A stretch of DNA of 62,489 nt, counting the filler, from Chiloscyllium plagiosum (taxonomy: Eukaryota), in NCBI RefSeq assembly GCF_004010195.1. It is 4 parts of one record of this genome, joined end to end, with 100 filler letters (N's around TTAATTAATTAA, not from the genome) between each part and the next. Parts side by side here need not be neighbours in the genome. Positions count along the whole stretch, not along the records: positions 40,102 to 54,786 come from NC_057713.1; 3 more parts are not named here. The stretch is one strand, 5' to 3'. The notes beneath the pieces were generated by a model, which saw only the letters and a program-made list of their open reading frames with translations, made no database searches and had not been told where the DNA came from. Positions within the stretch are counted from its first letter, which is position 1. Every line of letters begins with the position of its first letter. Of the stretch, positions 40,102 through 51,983 are shown one piece after another. The translations under genes were made by a program, and so were the position numbers.

Positions 40102-40916
40102 TTCAGATAAATGCGAGGTGCTGCATTTTGGGAAAGCAAATCTTAGCAGGACTTATACACTAATGGTAAGGCCCGAGGGAGTATTGCTGAACAAAGAGAC
40201 CTTGGATTGCAGGTTCATAGCTCCTTGAAAGTGAAGTTGCAGGTAGATAGGATAATGAAGAAGGCGTTTGGTATGCTTTCGTTTATTGGTCAGAGTATTG
40301 AGTACAGGAGTTGGAAGGTCATGTTGCAGCTGTACAGGACATTGGTTAGGCCATTCTTGAAATATTGCATGCAGTTCTGGTCTCCTTCCTATCGGAAAGA
40401 TGTTGTGAAACTTGAAAGGGTTCAGAAAAGATTTACAAGGATGTTGCCAGGGTTGGAGGAGCTGAGCTACAAGGAGAGGCTGAACAAACTGGGGCTGTTT
40501 TCCCTGGAGCATCGGAGGCTGAGGGGTGATCTTCTAGAGGTTTACAAAATTATGAGGGGCATGGATAGGATAAATAGACAAAGTCTTTTCCCTGGGGTCG
40601 GGGAGTCTAGAACTAGAGGGCATAGGTTTAGGGTGAGAGGGGATAGATATAATAGAAACCTAAGGGGCAATTTTGCAGATGACACCAAAATTGGAGGTGT
40701 AGTGGACAGCGAAGAGGTTGGTACGTGTATCAAATGAGCTGCCAGAGGATGTGGTAACATTTAAGAGGCGTTTGGATAGGTATATGAATAGGAAGTGTTT
40801 GGAGGGATATGGGCCAGGTGCTGGCAGGTGGGACTAGATTGGGTTGGGATATCTGGTCAGCATGGACTGGTTGGACCGAAGGGTCTGTTTCCATGCTGTA
40901 CATCTCTATGACTCTA
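40102..40916 (+). mobile_element. Young CR1 LINE 3' part, same subfamily as 38062-39985
   Basis: ORF 40207-40737. Near-identical to the reverse complement of 38062-38870. Confidence 0.95.
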
Positions 40917-41089
40917 AGGTCATTAAACTGACCATCGACCAAATTAGCAAAGCAACATGAGTTGAAAACATTTCTGCCCCCACCTGCCATCTCTCGGAAT
41001 GCATGACAGGGAATAGATATTTAAAAAAAGGTCAACATGAACTGGATTTATCACTCACTGTATTGGTATTTATCAATCCTTGTACTGCT

Positions 41090-41460
41090 CAGCAACACAA
41101 ACATTGTCATCAGTCCCGTACTGACGTTGTCATCAGTCTCACTCTCAACAATGCTTATTCAATCCTCAGACATACTCTCAAACATTGACAGTATTGTCAG
41201 TCTCACTCTCAAACATTGACACTGTAGTGAGTCTCACTCTCAAATATTGACACTGTTGTCAGTCTCACATTCAGCAACATTGATATGGTCATCACTTTCA
41301 CTCAGCAGCACTGTCACTGTCGTCAGCTTAGCATTCAGTAACACTGACACACATTGGTTTCACTCTTGACCCTGACATTTTTGTCAGTCTCATTCTGAAC
41401 AACATTGACACTGTCATTAGATTCTCTCCCAACACTGACATAGTCATCAATCTCTCTCTC
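41090..41460. repeat. Degenerate ~31-bp tandem repeat (AACATTGACACTGTTGTCAGTCTCACTCTCA)
   Basis: Period 31 visible at 41181, 41212 and 41243. Confidence 0.8.
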
Positions 41461-42779
41461 CTCTGCAGAATAGGGATAGTCCTCATGGATATGTTAAGGG
41501 AGGGTCATGTCTGACTAACCTGATTGAATTGTTTACAGAGATAACAAAGCGGTCTGAGAGCAATCAATGTATTTGATGTGCCACTAGTTGTGGTGTAAAA
41601 ATTAGGATTAATTTGGATACCGAGGATAAAATAAAAGCCAAGCAGCAAAAAGAAATGTAAATACTCAGAATTTTCTCTAAGGCAGCACTGAAAAACTGAA
41701 TCTGGCTAATGTGAGAAGGTGACAAAGCCAAACTCCATTTTTTTGGGAGGAAGGGAGGGGACAAAGAATATCTTCAGGATTTTGTTTACTAAATCAAGTT
41801 TCATCTGGTGCCTTGCAATAGACATTTCTGTTGAAAGAAAATAAATCACTTTCTGTCAATCTAGCTACACTAAGCAAAGAAAACAAGAGATAAACTGAAC
41901 ATCTATTAAATTCTGTAGCAAAATCCAGCATTTTATCCTCCATTATAATCTACCAAAGATAAGCAACACCGGGAACCAGCAACCTATATTTAACTAATAC
42001 ACTCATAGTTTCATAAAAACTGATGTTCCTGCTTTCATTAAAAATCGTGGATATTCAGTTGTCATTAAGACTGTTCCTTATTAATATAACTCCAAAATGC
42101 TTTTTATATAATTTCCAAATAAACTTAAGGTACTTTTACTGTCCTCATGTGTCTCTGTCCTGAGTTTCAGCGAACAACAAAATATCTTAAAACAACTTCA
42201 AGTTATGGCAATCCCAGGAACCAACAGGATAAAATATATACATAACACCCTCAGTCCACTGGATATTCTTATAATCCACACAAAATAATAAAACTGTCAA
42301 TGATAAGGTGGAGAAACTTAGCATAAGCTTTGTTGCAAATTCTTAACATTATTGCAATGAATAATTGCTTTTAGAATTTTAAGTAATCTTTTTGCACCAG
42401 TAAAGTACAGAATTGTTTCCCTCTGGTATGATTTAATTAAAACAGTATATTGCATTTCAACATTTTGAAATAATTGATACTTTCGATATTGGTATAAATC
42501 TATGTAGACAGGAAAAGTATTCATAGGAAACAAAGTGGGGTAGATTTACATGTAAATTACGGTTTGGAGCCACACAGTAGAATTGTTTTAAGTCAGGTAG
42601 ACTTATGCACCTTGATCCATTTGCTTACATGGATTATAACTAGATTTTTGACAAGTTTCAACATGGAAGACTAGTCAGAGATTAAAAGCGCTCATGATCA
42701 AGAAAAGGAAACAAGGGTAATGATTGCCAAGTATTTTATTGATTTGAATTATGTTTCTTTTGAACTGACATATAACTCT

Positions 42780-44010
42780 GTACTAGATCCCTTATTGTTT
42801 GTGATGTATATCCATGTTTAAACTTAAAGGTGCAGTGCTTAGTCAAGAAATTTACAGATGATAGGAGAATAGGTCTTGTGGTTGACAGTAAGAAGACTGT
42901 AGATTTCAGGAAGACATCAATGCTGGTCAGGTGCACAGAGCATTGGCATTTAATCCACAGAGATTTAATCCAGAGAAATGTGAGGTAAGGTGTCAATTGA
43001 AAGGTTACCACTCACAGTATATTAGCGTGAATAGGCGATTAACTAACAAAAAATGAAGAGTGTAAGATTAGTAGATCATTTTCAGGTTTGTAAGCTATAA
43101 CTACCAGGGTCCCAAGGGGATCATTGCTGAGCCTCAATTATTTATAATCTATATTAATGGATGAAGGGGTCAAATATGAAGTAACCAAACTTGCTGGCAA
43201 TACAAAAATAGTAAGTTTTGGTGGAAACATAAAGTACATGAAAAGGTTAAGAGAGTGTATCATACAATCCCTCCAGTGTGGAAGCAAGCAAAACAGGCCA
43301 CACCAACCCTCTGATGAGCATCCCATCCAGATCCACCCCATCCCTGTAATCCTGCATTTTCCATGGCTAACCCACACATCTTTTGACTGGGAGGAAACCA
43401 AAGCACCCGAAGTGCTGGAGGGGAACCAGCAGATACAGGGAAAACGTGCAAACTCCATATAGACAGTTGCTTGAGAGTGGAATTGAACCTGGGTCCCAGG
43501 AGCTGTGAGGCAGCAGTGCTAACCATTGAGCCACCATGCCGCCCAAATAAGTGTCAAAAATAATATCAGATGGAGTATATTGTAAGAAAATGTGAGATTA
43601 TCCACTTTGTTTGGCAAAATACAAAAGTAAAATATTCTTTTAAACGGTGAGAAACTGCAGAGTGCTACAGAACAGAGAAATCTGAGATTTCCATTGGTGA
43701 GACCACACCTTGAGTACTGTGAACAGTTTTGGTCTCCTTATTAAAAGAGGTACATGCTGGCATTAGAAGCACTTCAGAGAGGGTTAATGAGGTTGATTCT
43801 GAGATGTAAGAGTTGGGAGGAAAGGTTGTGCCTGTACGAATTGGAGATTAGAGGGACCAGAGGTAGTATTATCGATACATATGAAATTCTGAGAGGATTT
43901 CACAGGGTGGATGCTAAGAAGATGTTTCCTTTGTTGAAATTCAGAACTAGGAGGTAATGTTCAAAACAATGAGCTTGTCATTTCAGACTAATGAAGCATA
44001 ACTTCTCTCT
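42780..44010 (+). mobile_element. Fragmented old CR1 LINE
   Basis: PQGSLLSL and KLAGNTK relics, plus RPHLEYCEQFWSPY. Interrupted by an HE1 SINE. Confidence 0.7.
43259..43544 (-). mobile_element. HE1-like V-SINE
   Basis: gggcggcatggtggctcaatggttagcactgctgcctcacagc head and V-domain on the minus strand. Confidence 0.88.
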
Positions 44011-44129
44011 GAAGGTATGTGAGATATTGGGTGAAGGAGTATGGGAAAGGAGTGCATTATTTTCTTTCAGCATGGACAGAATGAGCCAAGTGGCTTCCTG
44101 TGTCACTTCCATGTTTCTGTGTCTCCTCA

Positions 44130-44440
44130 GTCGTGACATAGTCAACAAACTCATTCTCCATTTCACTGACATTGCCACCGGGCTCATTCTCACCACTTAC
44201 ACTGTTCTCATTTTCACTTGCACCACTGGCATTGTCATCGTGCTCCAACTCCGTACAGACTTCAGCACATTCTCCACATTGTCACTGTCATCAGTTCCGC
44301 TCACTGCAACACTGACACAGTTACCACTCACACTGTCAACACTGACACAGATATAATTCTCCATCTCCACATTGACACTGTTACCAATCATATTCTCAAC
44401 ACTGGCACTGTCATTGGTCTCACTGTTAACACTGAAAGTT
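44130..44440. repeat. Degenerate tandem repeat related to 41090-41460
   Basis: Recurrent aacactgacac(a/t)g..ctca core. Confidence 0.65.
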
Positions 44441-44912
44441 AAGACACGGGCATCAGAGTTTTGAATGACCGCAACTTTAGTGTTAGGGCTGTTGCTGTAG
44501 GAATTACTTTCGCTTTAGTCCCACTGCTCCCAGTTACCTGTTAAAATTGTCAATTAAATACTTAATCTATTTCAAGTTTTAAATAAAAATGATCAATCAG
44601 GTTTCTTAACAAAGGCAACAACTAGATTTATTATTACAATAAAACTCTCATTGAGAGTGCAACAATTGGTTAACATTCACTATCTGTGACAAAAAATATA
44701 AATTCTTATCCCTCTAAATATTCCCTCTGCACACAACATATACACATATTGTTCAGGAAAAGAGAGAAGAAAAACTGATTTCTCTGCAGAAATTGGCTTT
44801 CTGAAAAAAGCAATACTTGCCAATGGGTTATTATTAAAGACAAAAAGATAAAGCATAATATATTTCGATACTTGTCACATGTTCTGCCACGTAGTCGTTA
44901 TTAATCATGTAT

Positions 44913-45208
44913 AAAGTTAAAAATCACACAACACCAGGTTATAGTCCAATAGGTTTAATTGGAAGCACACTAGCTTTCGGAGCGACACTCCTTCATCAGG
45001 TGATTGTGGAGGGCTCGATCGTAACACAGAATTTATAGCAAATTTTTGGTATAAATTCTGTGTTACGATCGAGCCCTCCACAATCACCTGATGAAGGAGC
45101 GTCGCTCCAAAAGCTAGTGTGCTTCCAATTAAACCTGTTGGACTATAACCTGGCGTTGTGTGATTTTTAACTTTGTACACCCCAGTCCAACACCGGCATC
45201 TCCAAATC
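44913..45208. mobile_element. Penelope-derived palindromic element with two hammerhead cores and a 12-bp TSD
   Basis: Inverted arms 44913-45043 and 45044-45174 with few mismatches. TSD ttaatcatgtat at 44901-44912 and 45209-45220. Confidence 0.9.
44968..45003 (-). ncRNA. Minimal type-I hammerhead ribozyme motif
   Basis: Minus strand reads cac CUGAUGA A GGAGU guc GCUCC GAAA GC UA gug: intact core, stem II, palindromic AGCU stem III and a 3-bp stem I. Confidence 0.7.
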
Positions 45209-45585
45209 TTAATCATGTATGGTTGTCACTGGAGTCTTTCGAACACAACTTGCTCAGGAAATACAATTTGGAGAAGTTTATCCAATCACTCTTTCAGAAG
45301 AATAAATATATTTAATCCTGAACTCAACAGGAGGATTTTCTTTTCAAAAATAGGAGTGACCAATTGGGCAGGCCTTCCTCACAGGCTTCTTGTCCCTCAA
45401 CTGCAGCTTGGATAAAAGCCAAAAGCTTTCCATTCAGCACTGTCCAAAACAGTCCCAGTAGGAGTCTATAACAAAGCAAACAGTTATCACCAGTCATGTA
45501 ATTTCTAGAAGCCTTGTTAAACAAAACCTCAATGTTCATAATGATTTTCATTAAAAATCAATAACTATGAAACATCTTTATAACA

Positions 45586-45915
45586 CATGGCTCAGTGGTT
45601 AGCACTACTGCCTCACAGCTTCAGGGATCCAGGTTCGATTCCAGCCTCGGGTGACTATGTGGAGTTTGCACATTCTCCCTGTGTCTGCATGGGTTTCCTC
45701 TGGGTGCTCTGGTTTCCTCCCACAATCCAAAGATGTGCAGGTTAGGTGACATAGCTATGCTAAATTGTCCACAGTATTCAGGGATGTGTAGGTTGGGTGC
45801 ATTAGTCAAGGATTAAATATAGGGGAATGGGTCTGGGTGGGTTACTCTTCGGAGGGTCAGTATGGACTTGTTGGGCCAAAGGGCTTGTTTCACCCTGTAG
45901 TGATTCTATGATTCT
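45586..45915 (+). mobile_element. HE1-like V-SINE
   Basis: tggctcagtggttagcac A-box, ggttcgattcc B-box, V-domain, tail gattctatgattct. Confidence 0.9.
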
Positions 45916-45919
45916 GAAA

Positions 45920-46210
45920 ATTTGGGAGACCAGCATTCAAATAGTAAGGTCTATTGGTTAAAAAGGCATGAAGGTTTCAACAGCAGATGATGTGAGTCAT
46001 GGCCACATTTGGACAATGTTATAGAGGTGGAAATAGGCAGTCTTCGTGGTGACATGATTATGTGGTTAAAGGCTCCCCACAGAATCAAAATGAACCACTG
46101 CTATGAATAGTCTGATTTTGTTTTGTCAGTTGCCAGGAAGAGGAATGATGATGATAGCTAAGCAACAACAATTACAGCAGGGATCAAGAACAATGTCTTA
46201 GTCTTCTGTA
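45920..46210 (-). mobile_element. L2 LINE relic
   Basis: Minus strand encodes TKTAYFHLYNI, similar to the L2 motif KxAxFHLRNI. Confidence 0.6.
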
Positions 46211-46279
46211 ACATAGATATTGTCATTGGTCCTGTTCTCAGTAACACTGACACTGACAGTAACACTGAAACTGCCATCA

Positions 46280-47315
46280 TTCCTGCGAATACTGGAGATT
46301 AGATTGAGTGAAATGCGGGTAAATCACTGCTTCACCTGGAAAGTATATCCAGGGCCTTAGATAGTGAGGAGGGAGGACGCAAACATTGGAAGGTACTGTG
46401 GGGATGTGGGAATGTTTATGGAGTGGAGGAGGAGTGGACCAAAGTTTCCCAGAGGGAATAGTCCTTGTGGAAGGCTGACAAGGGAGGGGAGGGGAATATT
46501 CTGGTTGTGGCATCCTACTGATAGTGGCAGAAATGGCGGCTAATGATCCTCTGGATGTGGATGTTGGTAGAACGGTTGAGGAAGAAGGTAGACATTTCAG
46601 AGGCTCCTTGTAGAAGTTGGCATCATTAGAACAGATGCAACAAAGATGGAGGAACTGGGGGAATGGAATATCTAGTCAAGGATGTATAGTCAAGGTAACT
46701 GGGAGTTGATAGGTTTGTAGTGGATATTGGTGGCCAGCATATCAAGGCAGGGAAGGGAGGAATCAGAGATAGACCAGGTGAAGGTTAGACCGAGATGGAA
46801 ATTGGAAGCAAAATTGATAATCTTTTTCAATTCTGAACAAGAGAGGGAAGCAGTACTGATGATGTCATCGATATACCCGAAAAAGTTTTGTGGGGAGGAA
46901 TCTAAGTAGGACTGGAAGAAGGAATGTTCCATGTACCCCACAAAGAGGTGGGCATAACTGGGGCCCATGGAGGCTTTGATATGAGAAAGTGAGTGGAATT
47001 AGAGGAGGAGGAGTTCAAAGTGAAGATGAGCTTGGCCAAGCAGAGGAGGGTGGTGGTGGATGGGGACTGTTTTCAGGAAGAAGTGGAGAGCCCTGAGACC
47101 ATCCTGAATGGGGGGGGGAGGGGGCTGGGGTGGTGGTGGATGTGCAAAGAAATTACACGTCCATGGTAAAGAGGAGGCAGTTGGACCCCAGGAACTTGAA
47201 ATTCTGAACCTGATGTAAGTCATCAGAAGAATCGTGGATATAAATGAGATAGGACTGGACAAGAGGAGAAAAAAATAGAGTCAAGGTAGGAAGAGGTGAG
47301 TTCTGTGGGGCAGGA
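46280..47315 (-). mobile_element. Penelope-like element relic (RT plus start of GIY-YIG region)
   Basis: MGPSYAHLFVGYMEH..GYIDDI..FASNFHLGLTFT..LDM..IHYKP are PLE RT motifs. QVKQ*FTRISLNLISSIR near 46285-46340 resembles the FTCxSxNxIYxIxC lead-in to GIY-YIG. Confidence 0.88.
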
Positions 47316-47334
47316 GCCACAGGTTGTAATAACT

Positions 47335-47765
47335 CTGTTGCCTGTGTCCTAACTCACACCAAGTTCCATTCCCTTATTCCCCTGTACCTATTGACTTACA
47401 TTGGGTCCAAGTTGAGGAATAGCCAGATTTTAACATTCTCAACCTTGTTTTCAAATCCCTTCCTTACCACCTTTACAATCTCTTCTCACCCACAAACCTT
47501 AGAGATATTTGCCCTCATTTAATTATGCCCTCTTGAACATTCCTGATTTTAATTTCTCCATCACAGATGGAAGTACCTTCAGTTCCCAAGGCACAAAGCT
47601 CTAGAATTCCCTCCCAAGCTCTCTTTTCACATTTGGGACACTTAAAAAATACTTTATTGACAAACTTTGGCCATCTGACCCATTATCTCCTTATGTGGCT
47701 TGGTCTCATATTTTCTTCTCCCGTATTGCTCCCATAAAGGCACCTTATAAATGCAGATTGTTGTT
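47335..47765 (+). mobile_element. L2 LINE 3' fragment
   Basis: LHWVQV..FNILNLVFKSL relic and tail cttataaatgcagattgttgtt. Confidence 0.7.
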
Positions 47766-48129
47766 ATTGGTCAACCCTCACACTCATCAATCTGAATACC
47801 AGCACAAACACTGTCCTCAGAATACAGGGCAAAGGGAAACGCAGCATGCAATGGAGGAGCAGTACAAGGGAGTGCTTTGTGAAAAGAGAGAAGCAAAGTT
47901 AGGGAGAGCATTCAGGGAAAAATGAGAAACAAGTTGAAAGAGGGAAACAGGATAACGGAAGTAAGATTTGGGCAAAGGTGGGAAGCAGAACATGAGAGTC
48001 TAGGAAACAGAGCACAAGTAACACGGTAGGAAAAAGAACACAAACAAATGCAAGAGAGAAAGGTAACAGTGGAGAACAAAATAGAGAATACCAAGTAATG
48101 AAGAGAAGTAGGGTAAATGAGTGAAGCAA

Positions 48130-48265
48130 GGAACAGTCAAAATATTACAGATGTTGGAAATCTGCAACAAAAACAGAGAATGCAGGAGAACGTCTGTAGG
48201 TCTGACAGTCTCTTTAGAGAGGAGGAATGAATGGTTTGAAGCTAATATGAATTTTCTTCAGAATG
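48130..48265 (-). mobile_element. Degenerate Penelope-derived terminal fragment
   Basis: cagatgttggaaatctgcaacaaaaacagagaatgc..ttcttcagaa is homologous to 17660-17795. Confidence 0.5.
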
Positions 48266-48351
48266 AACATTGGTTCCACACGACAATCATTTCCAATCAG
48301 AGGAACCCTATCTAACTCACCTTGATATTCAACAGCATTACCATCACTATT

Positions 48352-48692
48352 TTTAAAACAAATCTTTACTGGGATGTGGACATCCTGATTACCCATGATC
48401 TGGTAAGAGCTAACCACATTGCTGTGGGTCTGGAGTCTCATACAGGCTCGATCAAGATAAAGATTGTAGATATCCTTTCCTAAAGGAAATTTTCTTGAAC
48501 CAAATAGGATTTTAGAAGAATTAACAGTAGGCATCTTGGTCATTATTACTGAGACTAGTTTTTAGACTCAGATTTATTGATTGAATATATATTTGGCAAA
48601 TTGCCACGTTGCAACTTTAACCCATGTCTTCAGAGAATTAGCCTTTAGCCTCAAGATGAGTAGTCTTGTGGCATTAGGAATATATTATCACC
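48352..48692 (-). mobile_element. tRNA-derived SINE (family B), diverged
   Basis: aaccacattgctgtgggtctggagtc is a reverse homolog of family B. Confidence 0.7.
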
Positions 48693-49305
48693 ACTTCCTG
48701 GGATTTTCCATTGATCAGCCATATAAATACTGTGGCTTTAATCGCCAGTCAGAGGTTGAACATTCTGTAACAAGTAAGTCATCTCCTAACTCTCAAACTA
48801 CAGGGAAAAATCAAGACATATAGTTGAATACTTATTACTCACCAGGATGGGTTCAACTCCAAACATATTCAAGCCTCCAGGACAAAGCAACTCTTCAGAC
48901 CAGCACTCTATCCACAACCAGCAAATTACACTTCCACCATCACTAATACACAATGTCAACATCACATGTAGTCATCTGCAAAATGTAATGCAGTAACTCA
49001 CCAAGTCTCCTTCAACAGCACGTTCAATCTCTGCAAGCTGTACCATCTAGATGGACAAGAAAGTAGAGGCATCATAACATTCCCATCCCCCTTCAAGTCA
49101 ATTACCATTCTGGCTTGGAAATATATCAACATTTCTTCACTTTTGCTTTGACAAAATCCTGAAACTCACTTACTAACTGCACTGTGGGTTTCTCTACATC
49201 CTAAGGACTATAAGGGATTACTGTAGGGATTCTATGAAGACAATTAGGGATAGGCAATAAATGCTAGTCTATCCAGAAATTGTCATATTCCATGAATGGA
49301 TAAAA
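48693..49305 (+). mobile_element. LINE family B 3' part
   Basis: Ends caattagggataggcaataaatgctag..catgaatg, the same tail as SINE family B. Confidence 0.75.
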
Positions 49306-49369
49306 GTCTAGAGTAGGAGAGAGAAGCTGAGTAAAAGACATACCGAGAGGGAGTTTAGCATAGCATTAC

Positions 49370-49745
49370 CCAAATTGTACCTGGAGGTCAAGTGTTAAAT
49401 TATGATGAGAGATTACACAAACTAGAATGGTATTCCATGGAAAATTTAGAAGATGAAGGTGTGATTTAATTAAAAACTTTCAAGATATTAAAAACAAACT
49501 GGTTAGAAAAATTAACACTATTTCTGCTGATTTGGGAGGATAATAATATGGGTCATAGTCGAAGAGTGGAGCAGAACCTTTTGAGAGGAAATTAAGAAGC
49601 ATTTTTACACACTAAGGGTCTATGTCCCCTGAAATATGTGCTAAGGACAGCAGAGTTTTGGATACGGCTGCAAACAGCAGTTGGCACTAGATCAACTGTT
49701 CATTTCAAATCTTAAGATTTCAATTTTTGTTTAATAAATTTTAAA
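49370..49745 (+). mobile_element. Old CR1 3' relic
   Basis: gaaaatttagaagatgaaggtgtgatttaatt..gaaattaagaagcatttttacac. Confidence 0.55.
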
Positions 49746-50791
49746 AATAGGCCTCGCTACGTGTGTGGTTTGAAGTTACCTCCTCCTATTCCTATCTATA
49801 AGTGACAGTGGATATCTCGCATTTAAATTTGTAGATTTCATGGTATTTTGGCATTTAATTTTGAGAATTTGGGGTAGCTGTTGACATTGTGTGATGTTTT
49901 GTGTAAAATGAGCATTTGCAAACTGGCAGCCATTTTAAATTACTATTGATTTTTAGTTGCATTTAAGACAATAGAAATAAAAATTGGAAGAACAAAATAG
50001 CACCTCAACTTACTTTACGCAATCTTGTAAAATCAAACACGACCAATATAATTTTAAATCCTTTGGGGTTATTGATTTGGGAGGCTGGTTCAGTGGACAG
50101 GTGCAAAATTGTAAGCGAGAATTATTTGTGGGGTGTGGTGGACCCACCCTGATTGAAAAGTTAGGGACCAGACTGCTTCTATGGGCCCAGGATGACATGG
50201 TTTGAATTTACAACCGTCTGGTTGCTAAGTGGATCAAATCATGGTTTCTGATGATCTCAGGGAGGATCTTCTGTCTCTGAGATCTATGGCTAATCAGTCA
50301 TGAAAATACCAACAGTGGCTTGATGAGGCTTGTCAGTGATCATTATTGATCACTTAAAGGCCTGAAAGTCCCACAGTCTAACCTCATCCTGATGGCTGGT
50401 AACGGCAGATAGACAACAGGGACAAAATGCTGCCTCATTACCCGATTTTACACACACCTCTCCTCCCATCGGCCTCTACCCACAGCATATAAAGGTATAG
50501 CCATAGAGTCTTTATTTTTGGCACAGAAGGAGGCCATTTGGGCATGAAGTTCATGTCACCTCTATAGTATAATTCAGTCAATCTTATTCCTCTGCTCCAT
50601 CTGTGTAGTCAACCACAAAATGGCAATTTACCAAACCCTGCAAAATAATGAACTATTAAAAGTACTAGGTGAAACATCTCAGTTTTCATCCACATTTGTC
50701 ATAACTCAGCACTCCTCAGTTAACAGATCGTGTCAATGAGACCTAAAACAGATATGAAGTGCCCCCTTGTGGACATGCTCTTTAGAGCAAT

Positions 50792-51983
50792 TAGAGTCAT
50801 TGAGATGTACAGCACGGGAACAGATCCTTCGGTCCAACCTGTCCGTGCCGATCAGATATCCTAACCCAATCTCGTCCCACCTGCCTGCACCTGGCCCATA
50901 AAGCCTCCAAACCCTTCCTATTCATATACCCATCCAGATGCCTTTTAAATGTTGCAAACATATTAGCCTCCATCACTTCCTCTGGCAGCTCATTCCATAC
51001 ATGTACCACCCTCTGCGTGAAAACGTTGCCCCTTAGGTCTCTCTCATATCTTTCCCCTCTCACCCTAAATCTATGTCCTCTAGTCCTGGACTCCCCCAAC
51101 CAAGAGAAGAGACTTTGTCTATTTATCCTATCCATGCTCCTCATGATTTTATAAACCTCTATATGGTCACCCCTCAGCCTCCAATGCTCCAGGGAAAACA
51201 ACCCTAACCTATTCAACTACTCCCTATAGGTCAAATCCTCCAACCTTGGCAACGTCCTTGTAAATCTTTTCTGAACCCTTTCAAGTTTCTCAATATCCTT
51301 CCGACAGGAAGGACACCAGAATTGCACGCAATATTCCAAAAGTGGCCTAATCAATGTCCTGTACAGCCGCAACATGACCTCCCAACTCCTGTACTCAATA
51401 CTCTGACCAATAAAAGAAAGCATACCAAACACCTTCTTCGCTATCCTATCTATCTGCAAGTCCACTTTCAAGGAGCTATGAGCCTGCACTCCAAGGTCTC
51501 TTTGTTCAGCAACACTCCCTAGGACCTTACCATTAAGTGTTTAAGTCCTGCTAAGATTTGCTTTCTCAAAATGCTGCACCTCGCATTTATCTAAATTAAA
51601 CTCAATCTGCCACTTCTCAGTCCATTAGCCCATCTGATCAAGATCCTGTTGTAATCTAAGGTAACCTTTCTCGCTGTCCACTACACCTCCAATTTTGGTG
51701 TCACCTGCAAACTTAATAAGGTGTCACCTCTTATGTTCACATCCATACCACTTATATAAATGACAAAAAATAGTGGATGCAGCACCGATCCTTGTGCCAC
51801 TCCACTGGTCACAGGCCTCCAGTCTGAAAAACAACCCTCCACCACCACCCTCTGTCTTCTACCTTTGAGCCAGTTCTGTATCCAAATGGCTAGTTCTCCT
51901 TGTATTCCATGAGATCTAACCTTGCTAATCAGTCTCCCATGGGGAACCTTGTCAAATGCCTTACTGAAGTCCATAAAGATCAC
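50792..51983 (-). mobile_element. Young CR1 LINE RT to 3' end, same subfamily as 38062-39985
   Basis: ORFs 51681-51983 (DFSKAFDKVPH, GVAQGSVL), 51217-51489 and 50797-51216. Confidence 0.95.

Larger units (their letters stand above)
44445..45585 (-). mobile_element. Possible solo LTR, interrupted by the palindromic element
   Basis: Minus strand begins TGTTATAA at 45585 and has AATAAA near 44627-44632. No ORF. The other end is not clear. Confidence 0.35.

Noticed and set aside
45586..45650. tRNA-like sequences with A and B boxes (also 28480-28541 and 43480-43544)
   Set aside because: They are heads of SINEs that continue into SINE body and tail, not tRNA genes.
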